Part shown: piece by piece, positions 63,051 through 64,000 of the stretch
How positions within the stretch are numbered: position 1 is the first letter of the stretch
Layout: each line of letters begins with the position of its first letter
DNA from: Squalus acanthias
Lineage: Eukaryota
NCBI GenBank assembly: GCA_030390025.1
Contig: CM059432.1
Span: 119,538,001 to 119,602,000, forward strand
Length of the DNA: 64,000 bases
Reading direction: 5' to 3'
Made by a program: the position numbers and the translations under genes
The notes under the pieces: model-generated
What the model was told of the DNA's origin: nothing
Seen by the model: only the letters and a program-made list of their open reading frames with translations
Databases searched by the model: none

Positions 63051-63255
63051 AAGAATATAGATATGTTTTTACATTATTCTAATTTAGAACAAAGACAGAA
63101 CAGCTAATGTAGACAGAATTGGTTTAAACTGTGCTCGCAAATCTTTTCTTTTCTCCTCAATCACTGATAACATTGGCGAAGGATGAGTTAAATAAGTTAG
63201 TTGGCATTAATGATATAATATGGAGCTAAAAGGGTTGTTAGGTTAAAACACTATA

Positions 63256-63851
63256 GGACTAGAAATTCGCCTCCTTTGCGCCTCCGGTTAGCACCTCCAG
63301 GGGACGATAACGGGGCGCTAATGACTTACCGCCCGGGCATGGTGCCTGCGAAATTCACCTGGCGGTTTGCGGCGGTGGTAACCCCTTGCACCACACTCGC
63401 CTGCGCCCGGAGATCGTGGTGCCATCCGACTGCACAGCACCCCGGTAGCGCCCTTTAGGGTGCATTTTGAAAATGTTTAAATGGCGCGATTGATCAGCCC
63501 TGTTAGAGTGCGTGGGGCTGATCGTCGAGGATCCCGGCTGCTGTCGGCGATGATGGAGACCGTTCAAATGCTGAGCCTGCAGCAATGGCCCTTCCCTTTA
63601 AGGAAGGGAAAGAGCCCTCGGATCCTGGCAGCACTGCAGTGGTCATTGTGCAGCACTGCACCTCTACCACCTCCCCTGCTTGGTTTAGCGCGCCAGAAGG
63701 GAAGTGGTAGCGCTTGATTTAGCTCTCTGCTTCCTTCCTGGAGCGCTAACACTGAATTTACCGAAAGCTGAGAATGATTAGTGCCTGGCGCTAATTTTTC
63801 CAACTTTCAAAATTTAGCGCCCCAAACGGGACGATCCCGAATTTCTCCCCC
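63256..63851. mobile_element. Non-autonomous Harbinger element
   Basis: GGACTAGAAATTCG...CGAATTTCTCCCCC; TSD ATA/ATA; related to the ends of 11562-13275. Confidence 0.85.
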
Positions 63852-63966
63852 ATAGGATTTTAAAGGACAGGCTTTTTATCACAACAGCGGGGAGTGTGGA
63901 GAAGGAAATTACTGCACTATAAATAAGAGAATAGATTCCTTTTACAATAGAGATTGCAAGAGATAA

Positions 63967-64000
63967 GGGGGTAGAAATTAGGTCGCGCCCCATTTGGGGC
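63967..64000. mobile_element. Start of another Harbinger-type TIR
   Basis: GGGGGTAGAAATTAGGTCGCGCCC...TTTGGGGC resembles the start at 11562. Confidence 0.55.

Overview
Eukaryotic, TE-saturated intronic or intergenic DNA. The repeat repertoire (CR1 and L2 LINEs, Deu-domain tRNA SINEs, Penelope/GIY-YIG elements, abundant PIF/Harbinger DNA transposons) points to a cartilaginous fish; this is an inference. No host gene exon could be supported. The window is dominated by PIF/Harbinger elements: an uninterrupted transposase ORF running off the left edge (862->1, absent from the ORF track), four decayed transposases, six spliced Myb/SANT partner-gene remnants, and many non-autonomous derivatives with GGG..AAATT-type TIRs and 3-bp TSDs. 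The most unusual items are: (1) a ~720-760-bp MITE family (5 copies, 2 subfamilies) built from conserved palindromes, promoter motifs and three tandem splice donors; (2) a LINE that starts with a tRNA-like head, has no ORF1, and has a matching head+tail SINE; (3) a 107-unit, two-variant 16-bp minisatellite inside a Harbinger-type element; (4) a young Penelope copy with a minimal hammerhead ribozyme. Three solo LTRs were found from TG..CA ends and TSDs. Everything was read by eye; no searches were run.
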